Shown here piece after piece: positions 24,862 to 35,382 of a stretch of 57,890 nt of DNA. The stretch covers positions 1-57,890 of the forward strand of contig CAZNWP010000001.1 in the NCBI GenBank assembly GCA_964576995.1. The letters run 5' to 3'. The position numbers and the translations under genes are program-made. The notes beneath the pieces are model-generated. The model did not search any database. It was given only the letters and a program-made list of their open reading frames with translations, and was not told the origin of the DNA. The number at the start of each line of letters is the position of its first letter. Position 1 is the first letter of the stretch. This DNA comes from an uncultured Christensenella sp. (GTDB lineage Bacteria; Bacillota; Clostridia; Christensenellales; Borkfalkiaceae).

Positions 24862-26112
24862 TTACTTTTTAGCAACGGGAACTTTTTTGAGTTTTGCAAA
24901 TCTGGGAAGCCCGTCTTCTTTAAGCATATTCGGTTCGCCTTGGATAAGCGGAAGAGCGTATTTAACGAATTCGTCGGAAATGCCCGTTCCGTTATCGGTA
25001 ATCCATTCGAGCGGTACGGTCTTTTCGGTGTTAGCCGCAAGTTCAAGCGGAAGAAGTTTGTATTCGCAAACGTATTTATCCCCTTCTTTTCTCGCGTAGC
25101 AAACCATTTTATCCGTTTCGCCCGCAACCGCCGCTTTAACAGCCTGCTTGCCCGCTTCGAACGTTTCCTCGATATCGGTGCCGGACGCGCAGTGTGCTCC
25201 GCATCTCTGCATAAGCGAAAGTTCGATTGCACGGGTTTTAATTCCCGTCGCTTCTTTTACGATATTAGCGAGGTTAGCCGCAACGCCGCCGAGTTGAGCG
25301 TGTCCGAAACTATCGCGTGCGCCCGCTTTGCCGAGAACTTCGCCGATGAGAACGCCGTCTTTGTTCTTGATGCCTTCGGATACGCAAACGATACACTTAT
25401 TGTTGTTTTTAGCAAGAACGTCTTTAACGTCCGCAACGAATTTATCCACGTCGAACGGAACTTCGGGAAGATAAATAAGATCCGCGCCTAAGCCTTTACT
25501 GTTGGCAAGCGCCGCGCTTGCGGTAAGCCAACCCGCGTTTCTACCCATCGCTTCGACGATGCAAATCATACCGGTATCGTAAACTTTGGCGTCGAGGTTG
25601 ATTTCCATAATGGTGGTTGCGATATACTTCGCCGCGCTAGCAAATCCGGGGCAGTGATCGGTACCGAAAAGGTCGTTGTCGATAGTTTTCGGAACACCGA
25701 TTACGTTCATATCGTAACCGGACTTTGCCATATACTTGCTTATTTTGTTGCATGTATCCATACTGTCGTTTCCGCCGTTGTAGAAGAAATATCTAACGTC
25801 GTATTTCTTGAACACTTCGAGCAATCTCTTGTAGTCGGTGTCGTCAACGTCTGCGTCTTTAAGTTTATATCTTACGGAACCCATAGCGGACGACGGAGTG
25901 TTCTTCAAAAGAAGAAGTTCTTTTTCGTCCTCTTTAGAGATATCGAAGAATTCTTCGTTCAAAATACCTCTAATGCCGTGAGCCGCGCCGTAAACGTTGG
26001 TGATTTCGGGAGATTTAAGACCTTCCAAAAACACGCCCGCCGCGCTGGCGTTGATAACCGACGTAGGACCGCCGGACTGTGCGAATACCAATGCACCCTT
26101 CAAACCTTTCAT
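24862..26112 (-). CDS. pfp: Phosphofructokinase, 416-aa Pfp type (probably PPi-dependent)
   Basis: GALVFAQSGGPTSVINAS, GGNDSMDT, PKTIDND. Length and motifs match clostridial diphosphate-fructose-6-phosphate 1-phosphotransferases. Confidence 0.8.
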   Translation of the reverse strand: MKGLKGALVFAQSGGPTSVINASAAGVFLEGLKSPEITNVYGAAHGIRGILNEEFFDISKEDEKELLLLKNTPSSAMGSVRYKLKDADVDDTDYKRLLEVFKKYDVRYFFYNGGNDSMDTCNKISKYMAKSGYDMNVIGVPKTIDNDLFGTDHCPGFASAAKYIATTIMEINLDAKVYDTGMICIVEAMGRNAGWLTASAALANSKGLGADLIYLPEVPFDVDKFVADVKDVLAKNNNKCIVCVSEGIKNKDGVLIGEVLGKAGARDSFGHAQLGGVAANLANIVKEATGIKTRAIELSLMQRCGAHCASGTDIEETFEAGKQAVKAAVAGETDKMVCYARKEGDKYVCEYKLLPLELAANTEKTVPLEWITDNGTGISDEFVKYALPLIQGEPNMLKEDGLPRFAKLKKVPVAKK

Positions 26113-26162
26113 AATTTATATCTCCTAATATATTTTTTCTAATTTAGTTTTTCTATCGAACG

Positions 26163-27125
26163 TTACAAACTCAACACGTGCGCTATGTCGTAAAGTTCCG
26201 CGTCGAAAGATTTTTTCGCGTTTTTCACATCCTCGAAAGAAACGGTAACGAGTTTATTGTGTCTTATGCCGATTGCACAACTGTCTTTGTCGTTTTTAAG
26301 CAATTCGACCGCTTTATAACCGAATCTCGCAGCAAGCAAACGATCTTGCATATTCGGTGAGCCGCCGCGCTGAATGTATCCGAAGTTGGTTACTTTTACG
26401 CTTATGCCGCTCTTTTCTTGTATATACGCAGCAATTTCGTCGCGATTTCCCGCGCCTTCCGCCAATATAATCATATTTGAAGTTTTTCCGCGCAGATAAC
26501 TCTTTTTTATTTTAGAAGCGATATCGTCGAGATTGTACGGAATTTCGGGAACGAGAACGTATTCTGCTCCGCCTGCTACGCCGGCGTATAACGCGATATC
26601 TCCACACGCTCTGCCCATAACCTCTAAAAGACAAACTCTGTCGTGCGAGTGCATCGTGTCTCTAAGATTGTTTATCGCGCCCAAAACGGTATTTACCGCC
26701 GTATCGAAACCGATCGTGTAATCCGTATACGCGAGATCGTTGTCGATAGTGCCGGGGATTCCGACTACCTTTATTCCGAAGTTGTCGGAAAGATCTTTCG
26801 CGCCCCTAAAAGTACCGTCGCCGCCGATAACGACGAGCCCTTCTATACCGTAAGCGGAAAGAGCCTCCGCCGCGCGGCGTTGAACTTCGACGTCCTTAAA
26901 TTCGGGACATCTCGCCGTTCTCAAAAAAGTGCCGCCCTTATGTATCATATCCGAGACGGAACGCGTTCCGAGTCTTGATATTTCACCCTTGACGAGCCCC
27001 GCGTATCCTCTTTCCACGCCGTATATGTCCATATTCATATTTAGCGCGGTACGGACTACCGCTCTTATACAGGCGTTCATTCCCGGCGCGTCGCCGCCGC
27101 TTGTCAATACTGCAATTTTATCCAT
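26163..27125 (-). CDS. pfkA: ATP-dependent 6-phosphofructokinase
   Basis: IAVLTSGGDAPGMNA, IGGDGT, PGTIDND, GYIQRGG. ATG at 27125 preferred (AGGTGA 5 nt upstream) over the GTG at 27134. Confidence 0.93.
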   Translation of the reverse strand: MDKIAVLTSGGDAPGMNACIRAVVRTALNMNMDIYGVERGYAGLVKGEISRLGTRSVSDMIHKGGTFLRTARCPEFKDVEVQRRAAEALSAYGIEGLVVIGGDGTFRGAKDLSDNFGIKVVGIPGTIDNDLAYTDYTIGFDTAVNTVLGAINNLRDTMHSHDRVCLLEVMGRACGDIALYAGVAGGAEYVLVPEIPYNLDDIASKIKKSYLRGKTSNMIILAEGAGNRDEIAAYIQEKSGISVKVTNFGYIQRGGSPNMQDRLLAARFGYKAVELLKNDKDSCAIGIRHNKLVTVSFEDVKNAKKSFDAELYDIAHVLSL

Positions 27126-27216
27126 ATATTTCACCTGCCTCGTATTATAGTCTTAAAAATATTTCAAATAATATTTTATCATATCCGAGCGAAAAATCAA
27201 ATCGTTTTAACGTACG

Positions 27217-30200
27217 TTAGCGTTTTTTCTTAAAGAAAATTATATTATTCTCTTTAAGCAGTCCCTTTAATTCCGCAAGCAACGCTTCGCACTTTCTGAC
27301 GGAACAACGCGCATCGTACTTTTTACCGTCGATTGCGATTATTACGGGGATATTTCCCGGATAACTTTCGATAACGTCGCGAACGGAATCGAGAAGAGTT
27401 TTCTCGTTTGACGGTAAAATAAGTCCCATATATTCCGTTTCGGGCGAAAGTTCTACTTGTTGCTCCGCTTCCTCGTCCTCTATTTTAGATATTCTGTCGA
27501 CGGTAATCGACACTTCGTTGCCTTTTATATGCAGTTTTCCGGATATTTCGACGAGTTCGTCGAGTACGGCAAATTCTTTCGCCTCAGTATAAATTCTCGG
27601 AAACAAAACACATTCAACCGCGCCGTGTAAATCTTCGACCGTGATAAAGCACATAAACGAACCCGTTCTCGTCATTACTTTATCAACCGCAACGATTATT
27701 CCCGCAAACTTAATTCTGTCGCCCTCGTGAACGGAGTTATATACTCTCACCGTTTCTTCGGAAACACCTTCGTCCTCGTCTGGAATAATTTCCTCGTAGT
27801 CGTCGAGTTGACTCGTCGAAAACTCGTATTTAGCAAACTTATCGCGATAGTCGGAAAGCGGGTGTCCGGTCAAGTAAATTCCGCATACTTCCTTTTCTTT
27901 TAACAACTTCGCCTTAGAATTAAATTCCGGTATATCGGGATAATCTATTTTCAAAACGTCGTCGTCTTTAAGCAACGTATCGAAAAGGGATATTTGCGCT
28001 TGATTTTTAGTTTTATTTATATCGACTACTCTATCGAGAAAAGATGAAAACACTTCGTCGAGTTGCGAACGCGGTTTACCGAAACAATCGAACGCTCCCG
28101 CAAAAATGAGGTTTTCAAGCATTCTCTTATTCATATTGAACTGCGCGCAACGCTTAACGAAATCTTCGAAAGATTCGAATTTTCCGTTAGCCTTTCTCTC
28201 GTCGGTTATTTGTTGAATTATACCTATGCCGATATTTTTTATCGCGCCGAGTCCGTAACGTATTTTCCCGTCTTTAACGGAGAACATTGCCATTGACTCG
28301 TTTATATCCGGCGGCAAAACGGGTATTCCCTCTTCCTTCGCGTAAGTGGTATACTGTTTTATATCGGATATATTCGATATTCTATTGTTCAAAAACGCCG
28401 TAATAAACTCGGGTTCGTAATACGTTTTTAAGTACGCCGTTTGATAGGTTACGAGCGAATACGCCGCCGCGTGTGATTTATTGAACGCGTATTTTGCGAA
28501 GTCTTTCATTTGAGACCAAATCTCTTTCGCGACTTCTTCCGACACGCCGCGCTTTAAGCACCCGTCAATCGCTTGAGATACTTTGCCGTGCGAGTCCGTC
28601 GTTTCGCCTTTGCCGTGTATAAATACGACTTCTTCTTTCTCCATTTCAGCTACTTTCTTTTTACCCATCATACGGCGAACCATATCCGCTTGTCCGAGAG
28701 TATAGCCCGCGAGCGACTGAACGATTTTCATAACCTGTTCTTGATATACGATACAACCGTAAGTCTGCTCTAATATGGGTTTTAACAGCGGGTGCAAAAA
28801 GGTAACTTTTTCGGGGTTGTGCTTGTTCTCGACGAATTTCGGGATTGCGTCCATAGGTCCGGGACGATAAAGCGAAACCGCCGCTATTATATCTTCTAAA
28901 CAAGTAGGTTTAAGTTCTTTCAAAAACTTTTTAAAGCCCGCCGATTCAAGTTGAAATATAGCGTCAGTATTTCCGCTCGATATGAGTTCGTAAACCTTGG
29001 GATCGTCGTAAGTGCAATCGTCGAAGTTGATTTCAACGCCGTGATTTTCTTTTACGTAGTCTATGCAGTTTTTAATATCGGACAAGTTTCTAAGTCCCAA
29101 AAAGTCCATTTTGAGAAAGCCCAAGTGTTCTAACTCTACGCCCGTATATTGACTTGTTATATCGTCGCCGTTACGAGACAGAGGCATGTGTTGGTCTAAT
29201 ATATCGTGTCCGATAATAACGCCGCAAGCGTGCGTACTGCTTTGACGCGGCGTATCCTCTAAACGCATAGCGATATCCGCGACGCGTTTTATTTCAGGGT
29301 TTTCGTTATACAAATCGACGAGTTCGTTTACGGCGAAGTGCGCGGACGTAAGCCCTTCTTTTTCTTCTTTTTTAGACGGTTTATAAAAGCCGAAAACCTT
29401 TTGCAAAATGTTCGGGCGTTTAATCTCTATATCCTTGCCCATTTTAGTTTGCTTCGCGGGTATGGCTTTGGTTATTTTGTCGCAGTCCGCGTAAGAAACA
29501 CCGAGCGCTCTCCCCACGTCTTTTATGGCGTTTTTAGCCGCCATCGTGCCGAAAGTAATTATTTTACATACTCGGTTTTCGCCGTATTTGCCGCGAACGT
29601 ATTCTATTACTTCTTGACGACGGCAATCTTCGAAGTCGACGTCGAAGTCGGGCGCGGAAACACGCTCCGCGTTTAAGAAACGCTCGAAGTACAAATCGTA
29701 TTTTAACGGATCTATATTTGTTATGCCGATTAAATAAGCAACGATTGAACCTGCGCCGCTACCTCGCCCGGGGCCTACGGAGATTCCGCGTTCTCTCGCG
29801 GCATTTATATAGTCCCAGACTATAAGAAAGTATTCGACGAAGCCTTGTTTTTCTATAACGGCGAGTTCGCTTTCTATCCTCTCTCTTATTTCGGGCGTTT
29901 CCGCTCCGTACTTTTTCTTTATACCTTTATCAATGAGTTTTCTAATATAAACTATCGGCGTGTCGCCCGTATCGGGAACGTACCGAGGGAACATATAATG
30001 CCCGTAAGTAAACTCAAAATTACATTTATCCGCTATTTCGAGCGTAGTTTTAAGCGCATCCTCTTCACCGGGAAACAATTCCGCCATTTCATCGTAACTC
30101 TTTAAGTAGTAGTCGTCGGAATTAAATTTCATTCTGTCGGGATCGTTATAATTTTTACCCGTTTGAACACATAACAATACGTCGTGCGGTACGGCGTCGG

Positions 30201-30870
30201 ATCTGTCCACGTAGTGAACGTCGTTCGTTACGACGAGTTTAATCCCGTACTTTTTGGCGTACACGCGGAGGTAATTGTTTACTTCGCGCTCCTCGGGTAA
30301 TCCGTGATTTTGCATTTCAAGATAAAAATCTTCACCGAAAACGCCCTTGAACCATCTGACGAGATCTTCCGCTTTATCGTAATTGCGATGTAATATCGCT
30401 TGCGGAATATCGCCCGCTATACACGCGGAAAGACAAATAAGCCCTTCGCTGTGTTTTTGTAAGGTTTTTAAATCTATTCTCGGTTTATAATAATAACCGT
30501 CGCGGAACGCAATCGCATTGAGCGTCGCTATATTTTTATAACCTTGTTCGTTTTTGACGAGCAAAACCAAGTGTCTGCGATCGCTCTCTTCAGAATCTAC
30601 GTTCCTTGATTTTACGGTGAGATCGTCGCACACGTAAAATTCCGTGCCGAAAATGGGCTTTATCGTCTTGTCCCCGCGTTCTTTCGCCGCTTTGTTATAA
30701 TCGCAACACGCGTCGTAAAAAGTAACCGCGCCGTACATATTGCCGTGATCGGTCATGGCAAGCGCGGGCATACCGAGCAACGCCGCTTTTTTTATAGCGA
30801 GCGGAATGGTTGCGAGTCCGTCTAATAAACTGTACTCGGTGTGAAGATGTAAATGAACGAATTCAGACAT
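27217..30870 (-). CDS. dnaE: DNA polymerase III alpha subunit
   Basis: FVHLHLHTEYSLLDG PHP domain, palm/fingers motifs, OB fold. Start at MSEFVHL (GAGG 5 nt upstream), just after the whiA stop. Confidence 0.95.
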   Translation of the reverse strand: MSEFVHLHLHTEYSLLDGLATIPLAIKKAALLGMPALAMTDHGNMYGAVTFYDACCDYNKAAKERGDKTIKPIFGTEFYVCDDLTVKSRNVDSEESDRRHLVLLVKNEQGYKNIATLNAIAFRDGYYYKPRIDLKTLQKHSEGLICLSACIAGDIPQAILHRNYDKAEDLVRWFKGVFGEDFYLEMQNHGLPEEREVNNYLRVYAKKYGIKLVVTNDVHYVDRSDAVPHDVLLCVQTGKNYNDPDRMKFNSDDYYLKSYDEMAELFPGEEDALKTTLEIADKCNFEFTYGHYMFPRYVPDTGDTPIVYIRKLIDKGIKKKYGAETPEIRERIESELAVIEKQGFVEYFLIVWDYINAARERGISVGPGRGSGAGSIVAYLIGITNIDPLKYDLYFERFLNAERVSAPDFDVDFEDCRRQEVIEYVRGKYGENRVCKIITFGTMAAKNAIKDVGRALGVSYADCDKITKAIPAKQTKMGKDIEIKRPNILQKVFGFYKPSKKEEKEGLTSAHFAVNELVDLYNENPEIKRVADIAMRLEDTPRQSSTHACGVIIGHDILDQHMPLSRNGDDITSQYTGVELEHLGFLKMDFLGLRNLSDIKNCIDYVKENHGVEINFDDCTYDDPKVYELISSGNTDAIFQLESAGFKKFLKELKPTCLEDIIAAVSLYRPGPMDAIPKFVENKHNPEKVTFLHPLLKPILEQTYGCIVYQEQVMKIVQSLAGYTLGQADMVRRMMGKKKVAEMEKEEVVFIHGKGETTDSHGKVSQAIDGCLKRGVSEEVAKEIWSQMKDFAKYAFNKSHAAAYSLVTYQTAYLKTYYEPEFITAFLNNRISNISDIKQYTTYAKEEGIPVLPPDINESMAMFSVKDGKIRYGLGAIKNIGIGIIQQITDERKANGKFESFEDFVKRCAQFNMNKRMLENLIFAGAFDCFGKPRSQLDEVFSSFLDRVVDINKTKNQAQISLFDTLLKDDDVLKIDYPDIPEFNSKAKLLKEKEVCGIYLTGHPLSDYRDKFAKYEFSTSQLDDYEEIIPDEDEGVSEETVRVYNSVHEGDRIKFAGIIVAVDKVMTRTGSFMCFITVEDLHGAVECVLFPRIYTEAKEFAVLDELVEISGKLHIKGNEVSITVDRISKIEDEEAEQQVELSPETEYMGLILPSNEKTLLDSVRDVIESYPGNIPVIIAIDGKKYDARCSVRKCEALLAELKGLLKENNIIFFKKKR

Positions 30871-30877
30871 AATTACC

Positions 30878-31813
30878 TCAGTCCTCGTTTGAAAGAGAAA
30901 CAATTTTTCTTAATCTGTGATTTAGACAACTTCTGCTTACGTTAAGCCGTTCGGCAAGTTCTGCAAAGGTGTCGTTCGGGTTTAGTTTTCTTGCGATCGC
31001 AGTATCACGCAACTCCGACTTTAACGCCGAAAATTTTCCCGCTTTTTCAAGTTTTTCTATCGCCGCTATTTGTTTTGCCGCCGCGTTCACCTGCTTGTTT
31101 ACGTTGCCTACGTCGCAGTTCGCTTGGCGGTTAGAGTTGTTTGAAAGTTCGCGTTCTATCATAACGTCCGTCAATTTCAATACGGAAACGGGCGCGGGCA
31201 AAAACGCTATAAAATCTTTAACGACTTCCGCGCTTTTAATGTATAGCACGAAGTTTTCTTTTCGGCGTGAAATTTTGGATTTAATTCCGAACGAAAACAA
31301 CGTCTCAGACACGGCAAGAGCGGTTTTAGAATGTGAAAAAACGAGTTCTAAAACGTACGCACCGCCCGCGTCTTGCGGAATGGAACACAATCCGCACGAA
31401 ACGAACAACCCGCGCAAAAACGCCTTAATCGCGTTTTCGTCCCCGTCGCACACCTTAAACAAGTCGTAACAAACGTTTATTCCGTCGGCGGTCGTTTCGG
31501 TAATTCCGAGATATTCGAGTGTCTCGCTCGCTTTTTCGCCGTAAACGTTGACAAAAACCATATCTTTTTTATTAAGACGATCCTCGGAAACTTCAACCTC
31601 GCGAACTTCGTAACCGCAAAGCGTTTTAAGGTATTCCGCCGAAATTTCCGCAAAGCGTTCGTCGGGAACTTTAAACTCCAAGCCGTATTCCCCGTCCTTT
31701 TCGTAAAGCGTTCCACCGCCGCGAACGAGCCCCGATAAAAAGGTTTTCTTAGTTTTAACGTCCTTGGCTGGCTTTAACGCTATCTCGTCTTTTATAACCT
31801 TACCGAAATTCAT
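30878..31813 (-). CDS. whiA: DNA-binding protein WhiA
   Basis: FLSGLVRGGG / FLRGLFVSCG degenerate LAGLIDADG pair and C-terminal HTH ELAERLNVSRSCLNHRLRKI. Confidence 0.9.
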   Translation of the reverse strand: MNFGKVIKDEIALKPAKDVKTKKTFLSGLVRGGGTLYEKDGEYGLEFKVPDERFAEISAEYLKTLCGYEVREVEVSEDRLNKKDMVFVNVYGEKASETLEYLGITETTADGINVCYDLFKVCDGDENAIKAFLRGLFVSCGLCSIPQDAGGAYVLELVFSHSKTALAVSETLFSFGIKSKISRRKENFVLYIKSAEVVKDFIAFLPAPVSVLKLTDVMIERELSNNSNRQANCDVGNVNKQVNAAAKQIAAIEKLEKAGKFSALKSELRDTAIARKLNPNDTFAELAERLNVSRSCLNHRLRKIVSLSNED

Positions 31814-32592
31814 CTTCCCGCGGACTCCTTAAACTTCTTAAACCTAAAATCGGGAAGTCTGCCGTCGATATTCATTATTCTGTCAGTCGGAAAATTAAGG
31901 CGTTCTATCATTTTTTCAACTAACGATATTTCGCCTACCCTATCGGGCGAATGAGCGTCGGATCCGATAACGAATTTAACGTCGGTTTTCAATACTTCGT
32001 ATATTTCGTCGTCGGACAAATGGACTTTCTTCGCGTTTAGTTCTATATACGTGCCGTAATCGGCTGCCGCTTTCGCAACTTCCGCGGCGTCCGCGTAGCA
32101 GCAAAAATTAAGGTGCGTTATCACGTCCACGGGGTTGTTTTTTATTACGTTTATATACGCTTTCGTATTGCGTTTTATTAAACTTTTCGAGACGTTTTCG
32201 CGCTTAAAAACGGAGGAATTTACGAAGTTCGGTATAAACATAGTAAAAAAACTTCCGCCCTTATACGTAACGAATTTATGCACGCCCGCAAGAAAAATAT
32301 CGAAATAATCGTAAAGCGCGGGTTTTAAGTCCGCCGTTCCGTCCGTTCCAACGATATTAGATTCTATACCGAGTAGAACGTTTACGTCCGTAGTTTGTTT
32401 CGCTAACTCTATGCGTTCGCGCATAATCGGCAGTTTTCGGCGGTTTAACCCGAAAACGGGGTGAGCAAAACCGTGATCGGATATACCGAGTTCCGTAAGT
32501 CCGTTTTTCGCGGCGGCTTCCGCATTGTCCGCTATATCGCCTTTACCATGCGAAAACACGGTGTGCGTGTGATAATCGGCGTTAAGTTTCAT
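31810..32592 (-). CDS. PHP-domain phosphoesterase (histidinol-phosphatase family)
   Basis: DYHTHTVFSHG, ISDHG, GSDAHS metal-ligand motifs. ATGA overlaps at both ends (with murB and whiA). Confidence 0.8.
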   Translation of the reverse strand: MKLNADYHTHTVFSHGKGDIADNAEAAAKNGLTELGISDHGFAHPVFGLNRRKLPIMRERIELAKQTTDVNVLLGIESNIVGTDGTADLKPALYDYFDIFLAGVHKFVTYKGGSFFTMFIPNFVNSSVFKRENVSKSLIKRNTKAYINVIKNNPVDVITHLNFCCYADAAEVAKAAADYGTYIELNAKKVHLSDDEIYEVLKTDVKFVIGSDAHSPDRVGEISLVEKMIERLNFPTDRIMNIDGRLPDFRFKKFKESAGR

Positions 32593-33485
32593 ATAAACTC
32601 CCCTATAAATTCGACCTCTTCTTTAAGTTGTACGCCGAATTTTTCTTTAATCGTATTTTTTACGCGCGCTATTAACTCGTAAACGTCTTTAGCCGTAGCG
32701 ACGGAATTGACGGAGATAAAATTAGCGTGTTTTAGCGACACGGACGCGCCGCCGACGGAATACCCTTTAAGTCCCGCTTCCTCTATTAGTTTGCCCGCCT
32801 TATAATCTTCGCCGTTTAAGAAAACCGAACCGCAACTTCTGCCTTGCGGTTGCAAGGTTTTTCGTTTATCGAGATAATATTCCGAACGCTCTTTAATCGT
32901 TTGAAAATCACCGCGGTTTAGCGCGAAAGTTGCGGAAACGATTATTTCCTTTCTTCCCTTAAAAACGCTTTTCCTGTAACCGAACGCACAGTTTTCGGCA
33001 CTGCGGTTTTTTATTTTGCCGCAGCACACCGTTTGTACTTCGGAAACGACGTCTGCCATAGAAACGCCGAACGCTCCCGCGTTTTGACATATCGCGCCGC
33101 CTACCGTCGCGGGTATACCCGCTAACCTTTCAAAACCCGAAAGTGAATTTTGCGCGGCGAAATCGGCAAGTTTTTTAAGCGAAGTTCCGCACGAGGCGAA
33201 TACTTTGTCTTGCTTTAAGAACACGTCGGATAGATCTGCGGTCGTTATAATAATCCCGTCGAAGCCCTTGTCCGACACTAAAAGATTCGTTCCGTAACCT
33301 ATTATCTTATACTTAACTTTGCACGCGCGAGCCGCCGTTACGACGGAACTTAACGCAAACAAACTTTTCGGCGAAGCGAAAAATTTCGCGTTGCCGCCCA
33401 CGCCTAACGACGTTTTCTTTTTCATCGGTTGGTTAAAAACGCAGTTTAAATCGTAAATATCTTTAATGCGGTTTTCTAACCCCAT
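32589..33485 (-). CDS. murB: UDP-N-acetylenolpyruvoylglucosamine reductase
   Basis: GVGGNAKFF, GYGTNLL, GIPATVGGA, GSVFLN motifs. Confidence 0.92.
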   Translation of the reverse strand: MGLENRIKDIYDLNCVFNQPMKKKTSLGVGGNAKFFASPKSLFALSSVVTAARACKVKYKIIGYGTNLLVSDKGFDGIIITTADLSDVFLKQDKVFASCGTSLKKLADFAAQNSLSGFERLAGIPATVGGAICQNAGAFGVSMADVVSEVQTVCCGKIKNRSAENCAFGYRKSVFKGRKEIIVSATFALNRGDFQTIKERSEYYLDKRKTLQPQGRSCGSVFLNGEDYKAGKLIEEAGLKGYSVGGASVSLKHANFISVNSVATAKDVYELIARVKNTIKEKFGVQLKEEVEFIGEFI

Positions 33486-33530
33486 ATATCTCCTTATACA
33501 TTTTACTATAAAATAAATTTTTTTTCAAGA

Positions 33531-34514
33531 TTATAAAAGGACTTTTTTAATTTTTATCAAACTCTCTTCGTTCCCTTGCGCCGCTTTATGGGCAAATCGC
33601 CGCAAATCAGACAATTCTTCTTTAGAAAGAAACGGCGACAGTCCGAATTTTGCCGTCGTATTAGCCGCCTCCGCAAAAGGTTCTTCGTCATATCTTACGA
33701 CAAGGTACTGTGAAAACATATTTATTTCGTTAAGACGAGATTGTATCTCGTCGGATAAAAGAAAATTTATAAACCTCTCCGCCAACACGGACTTTTCCGC
33801 ATCGGACGAAGTCAACGATATAAACTGATTTAAATCGGAAAACGACTTTAAAACCGTCGTTTTTGCCGTAAAGCCTCTATTTTTCAGTCGAACGGCGTCT
33901 CTCTGCGTTCCCAAGAGGTAACGAGCGTTTCCGCTTACGAATTTTACGTAAGCGTTCATCGGCGATAAAACTTCCGCATCGACGTACGCGTTTCCTTCGA
34001 GAGCGTACGCGACGAGCGGAATAGTGTATTCCGCTTGCGAAACAACGGTCTTTTCGCGCGATTTTAGGTTGCAATCGGAATTTTCAAACAACATATACGC
34101 TCCGCGACACCACGCTTCAGCAAAACACTTATCACCTATTTTGCCGTACTTACTCGGTTTATCCGCGGAAATTTCGGACATACCTTCGACGTTAAGCCCG
34201 TTCCCGTAAGAGACTAGATCGGGACGAATATTTTCACTAAAAGCCGCCTCGGCACCGCTCACGGTATAATTTACCACCGTAACGAGAACGCCTTTGTTAA
34301 TTTTTTCAAACGCCCTCGCCACGTCGAGCAAAAACTTGCGCCTCGATCCGGAACCGCCCTCGAACGAATCTATCTGCCAAACGGTTATTATTTTCTTTTC
34401 GGGGCTTTCCGCTTTGACTGCAACGTCGGAACTGATTTTCTTCGCGCCATAACAAAACGTAACGGCTATCGCTCCCGCTATTATAGATGCTACCGCAATT
34501 CTTATGATCTTCAT
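33531..34514 (-). CDS. Hypothetical exported/membrane-anchored protein (possibly solute-binding-like)
   Basis: N-terminal hydrophobic anchor IRIAVASIIAGAIAVTFCYG. No catalytic motif recognised. Confidence 0.6.
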   Translation of the reverse strand: MKIIRIAVASIIAGAIAVTFCYGAKKISSDVAVKAESPEKKIITVWQIDSFEGGSGSRRKFLLDVARAFEKINKGVLVTVVNYTVSGAEAAFSENIRPDLVSYGNGLNVEGMSEISADKPSKYGKIGDKCFAEAWCRGAYMLFENSDCNLKSREKTVVSQAEYTIPLVAYALEGNAYVDAEVLSPMNAYVKFVSGNARYLLGTQRDAVRLKNRGFTAKTTVLKSFSDLNQFISLTSSDAEKSVLAERFINFLLSDEIQSRLNEINMFSQYLVVRYDEEPFAEAANTTAKFGLSPFLSKEELSDLRRFAHKAAQGNEESLIKIKKVLL

Positions 34515-34591
34515 AATAGAATTATATTCTTCGCATCGCGAAAAATTAACCGACTTTAATTTATTAAAACTTCTCTTCTTAGATAAACTTT

Positions 34592-34618
34592 GCCGCCGCG
34601 CTACGTTAGCGCGGCGGC
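34592..34618 (-). terminator. GC-rich hairpin between the 220-aa and 327-aa genes
   Basis: Perfect 10-bp stem gccgccgcgc / gcgcggcggc with a 7-nt loop. The U-tract on the minus strand is weak (AAAGUUUAUCU). Confidence 0.45.
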
Positions 34619-34626
34619 GTAATATT

Positions 34627-35289
34627 TTATTCGTTTTCTACTTTTATTTCGTCAATACGTTCGGAATTCTCGCTGCTTACAGGCAATTGATCTTCTTTTC
34701 TTGCCGCGATTTCTTTTTTTGTTTTGTCACGACGTATCCACTTTTGGATAAAAGTTCCCGCCAATTTAGTAGACTTTTTGGCGTTTCCCGTTATACTCGT
34801 CGCGACAACGACGTCCGTGGTAACGCCCGCCACCTTTTTTACGCCGCCGACGATATCTATATCGAGAGCCTCGTCCGTTTCTTTTATCTCTTTTTGGACT
34901 TTTTTCACCGCGCGAACGAATTTTGACTTACCGCTAACGAGCCGTAATGCCGAAGAGGCAAATGCGTTCGCTTGCTTTTTATCGGGAAATTCTATAAACT
35001 TTTCCGCCCCGTCGAAATATACTTCGACAATTTTCTTCTTTACGAGTATATGCGGCGCTTCTCTGTAAAACTTTACCGACGACGCCGAATAAACTTCCGT
35101 AGGCAACGCCTCTTTTCCGAAAAGACGCTTTATCGTAGTGGTAAAAACGAAGTTTAGGTTAGTCAATATAACTTCCGTCGTCTCTTTGTTTTTGCTTTTT
35201 TCGTCGATTTTTCCGTCACGAGTCAAATACGCGTTACCATGGTATAAGATTACTTCGTCTTTACCGAGTTCGTAATTTTTCATTTGCAA
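34627..35289 (-). CDS. Hypothetical 220-aa protein
   Basis: ORF track only. Lys-rich C-terminal half. No motif recognised. Confidence 0.6.
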   Translation of the reverse strand: MQMKNYELGKDEVILYHGNAYLTRDGKIDEKSKNKETTEVILTNLNFVFTTTIKRLFGKEALPTEVYSASSVKFYREAPHILVKKKIVEVYFDGAEKFIEFPDKKQANAFASSALRLVSGKSKFVRAVKKVQKEIKETDEALDIDIVGGVKKVAGVTTDVVVATSITGNAKKSTKLAGTFIQKWIRRDKTKKEIAARKEDQLPVSSENSERIDEIKVENE

Positions 35290-35382
35290 TCACGCTCCTT
35301 TATTTTTCTATAAAGCGACGTGTTTTTTTCGCGAAACGATTACGCTCGCGAAAAACGTAGCGCACCGAGAAACTTTTTCCTA

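Noticed and set aside
24820-26142. ORFs 24820-25491(+), 24840-25232(-), 24851-25099(+) and 25654-26142(+) overlapping pfp.
   Set aside because: These are alternative frames of a clearly identifiable phosphofructokinase gene with Arg/Phe-rich nonsense composition. The terminator at 24808-24837 also argues against a gene starting at 24820.
28661-34074. Other-frame minus-strand ORFs inside dnaE (28661-28903), whiA (31477-31716) and the 327-aa gene (33877-34074).
   Set aside because: Arg/Pro-rich off-frame translations within well-supported genes.
35300-35370. Hairpin TTTTTTTCGCGA-N11-TCGCGAAAAA between the M16 peptidase and the 220-aa gene, considered as a terminator.
   Set aside because: The T and A runs pair with each other, so no free U-tract follows the stem in either orientation. 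It is left unannotated as a generic intergenic hairpin.
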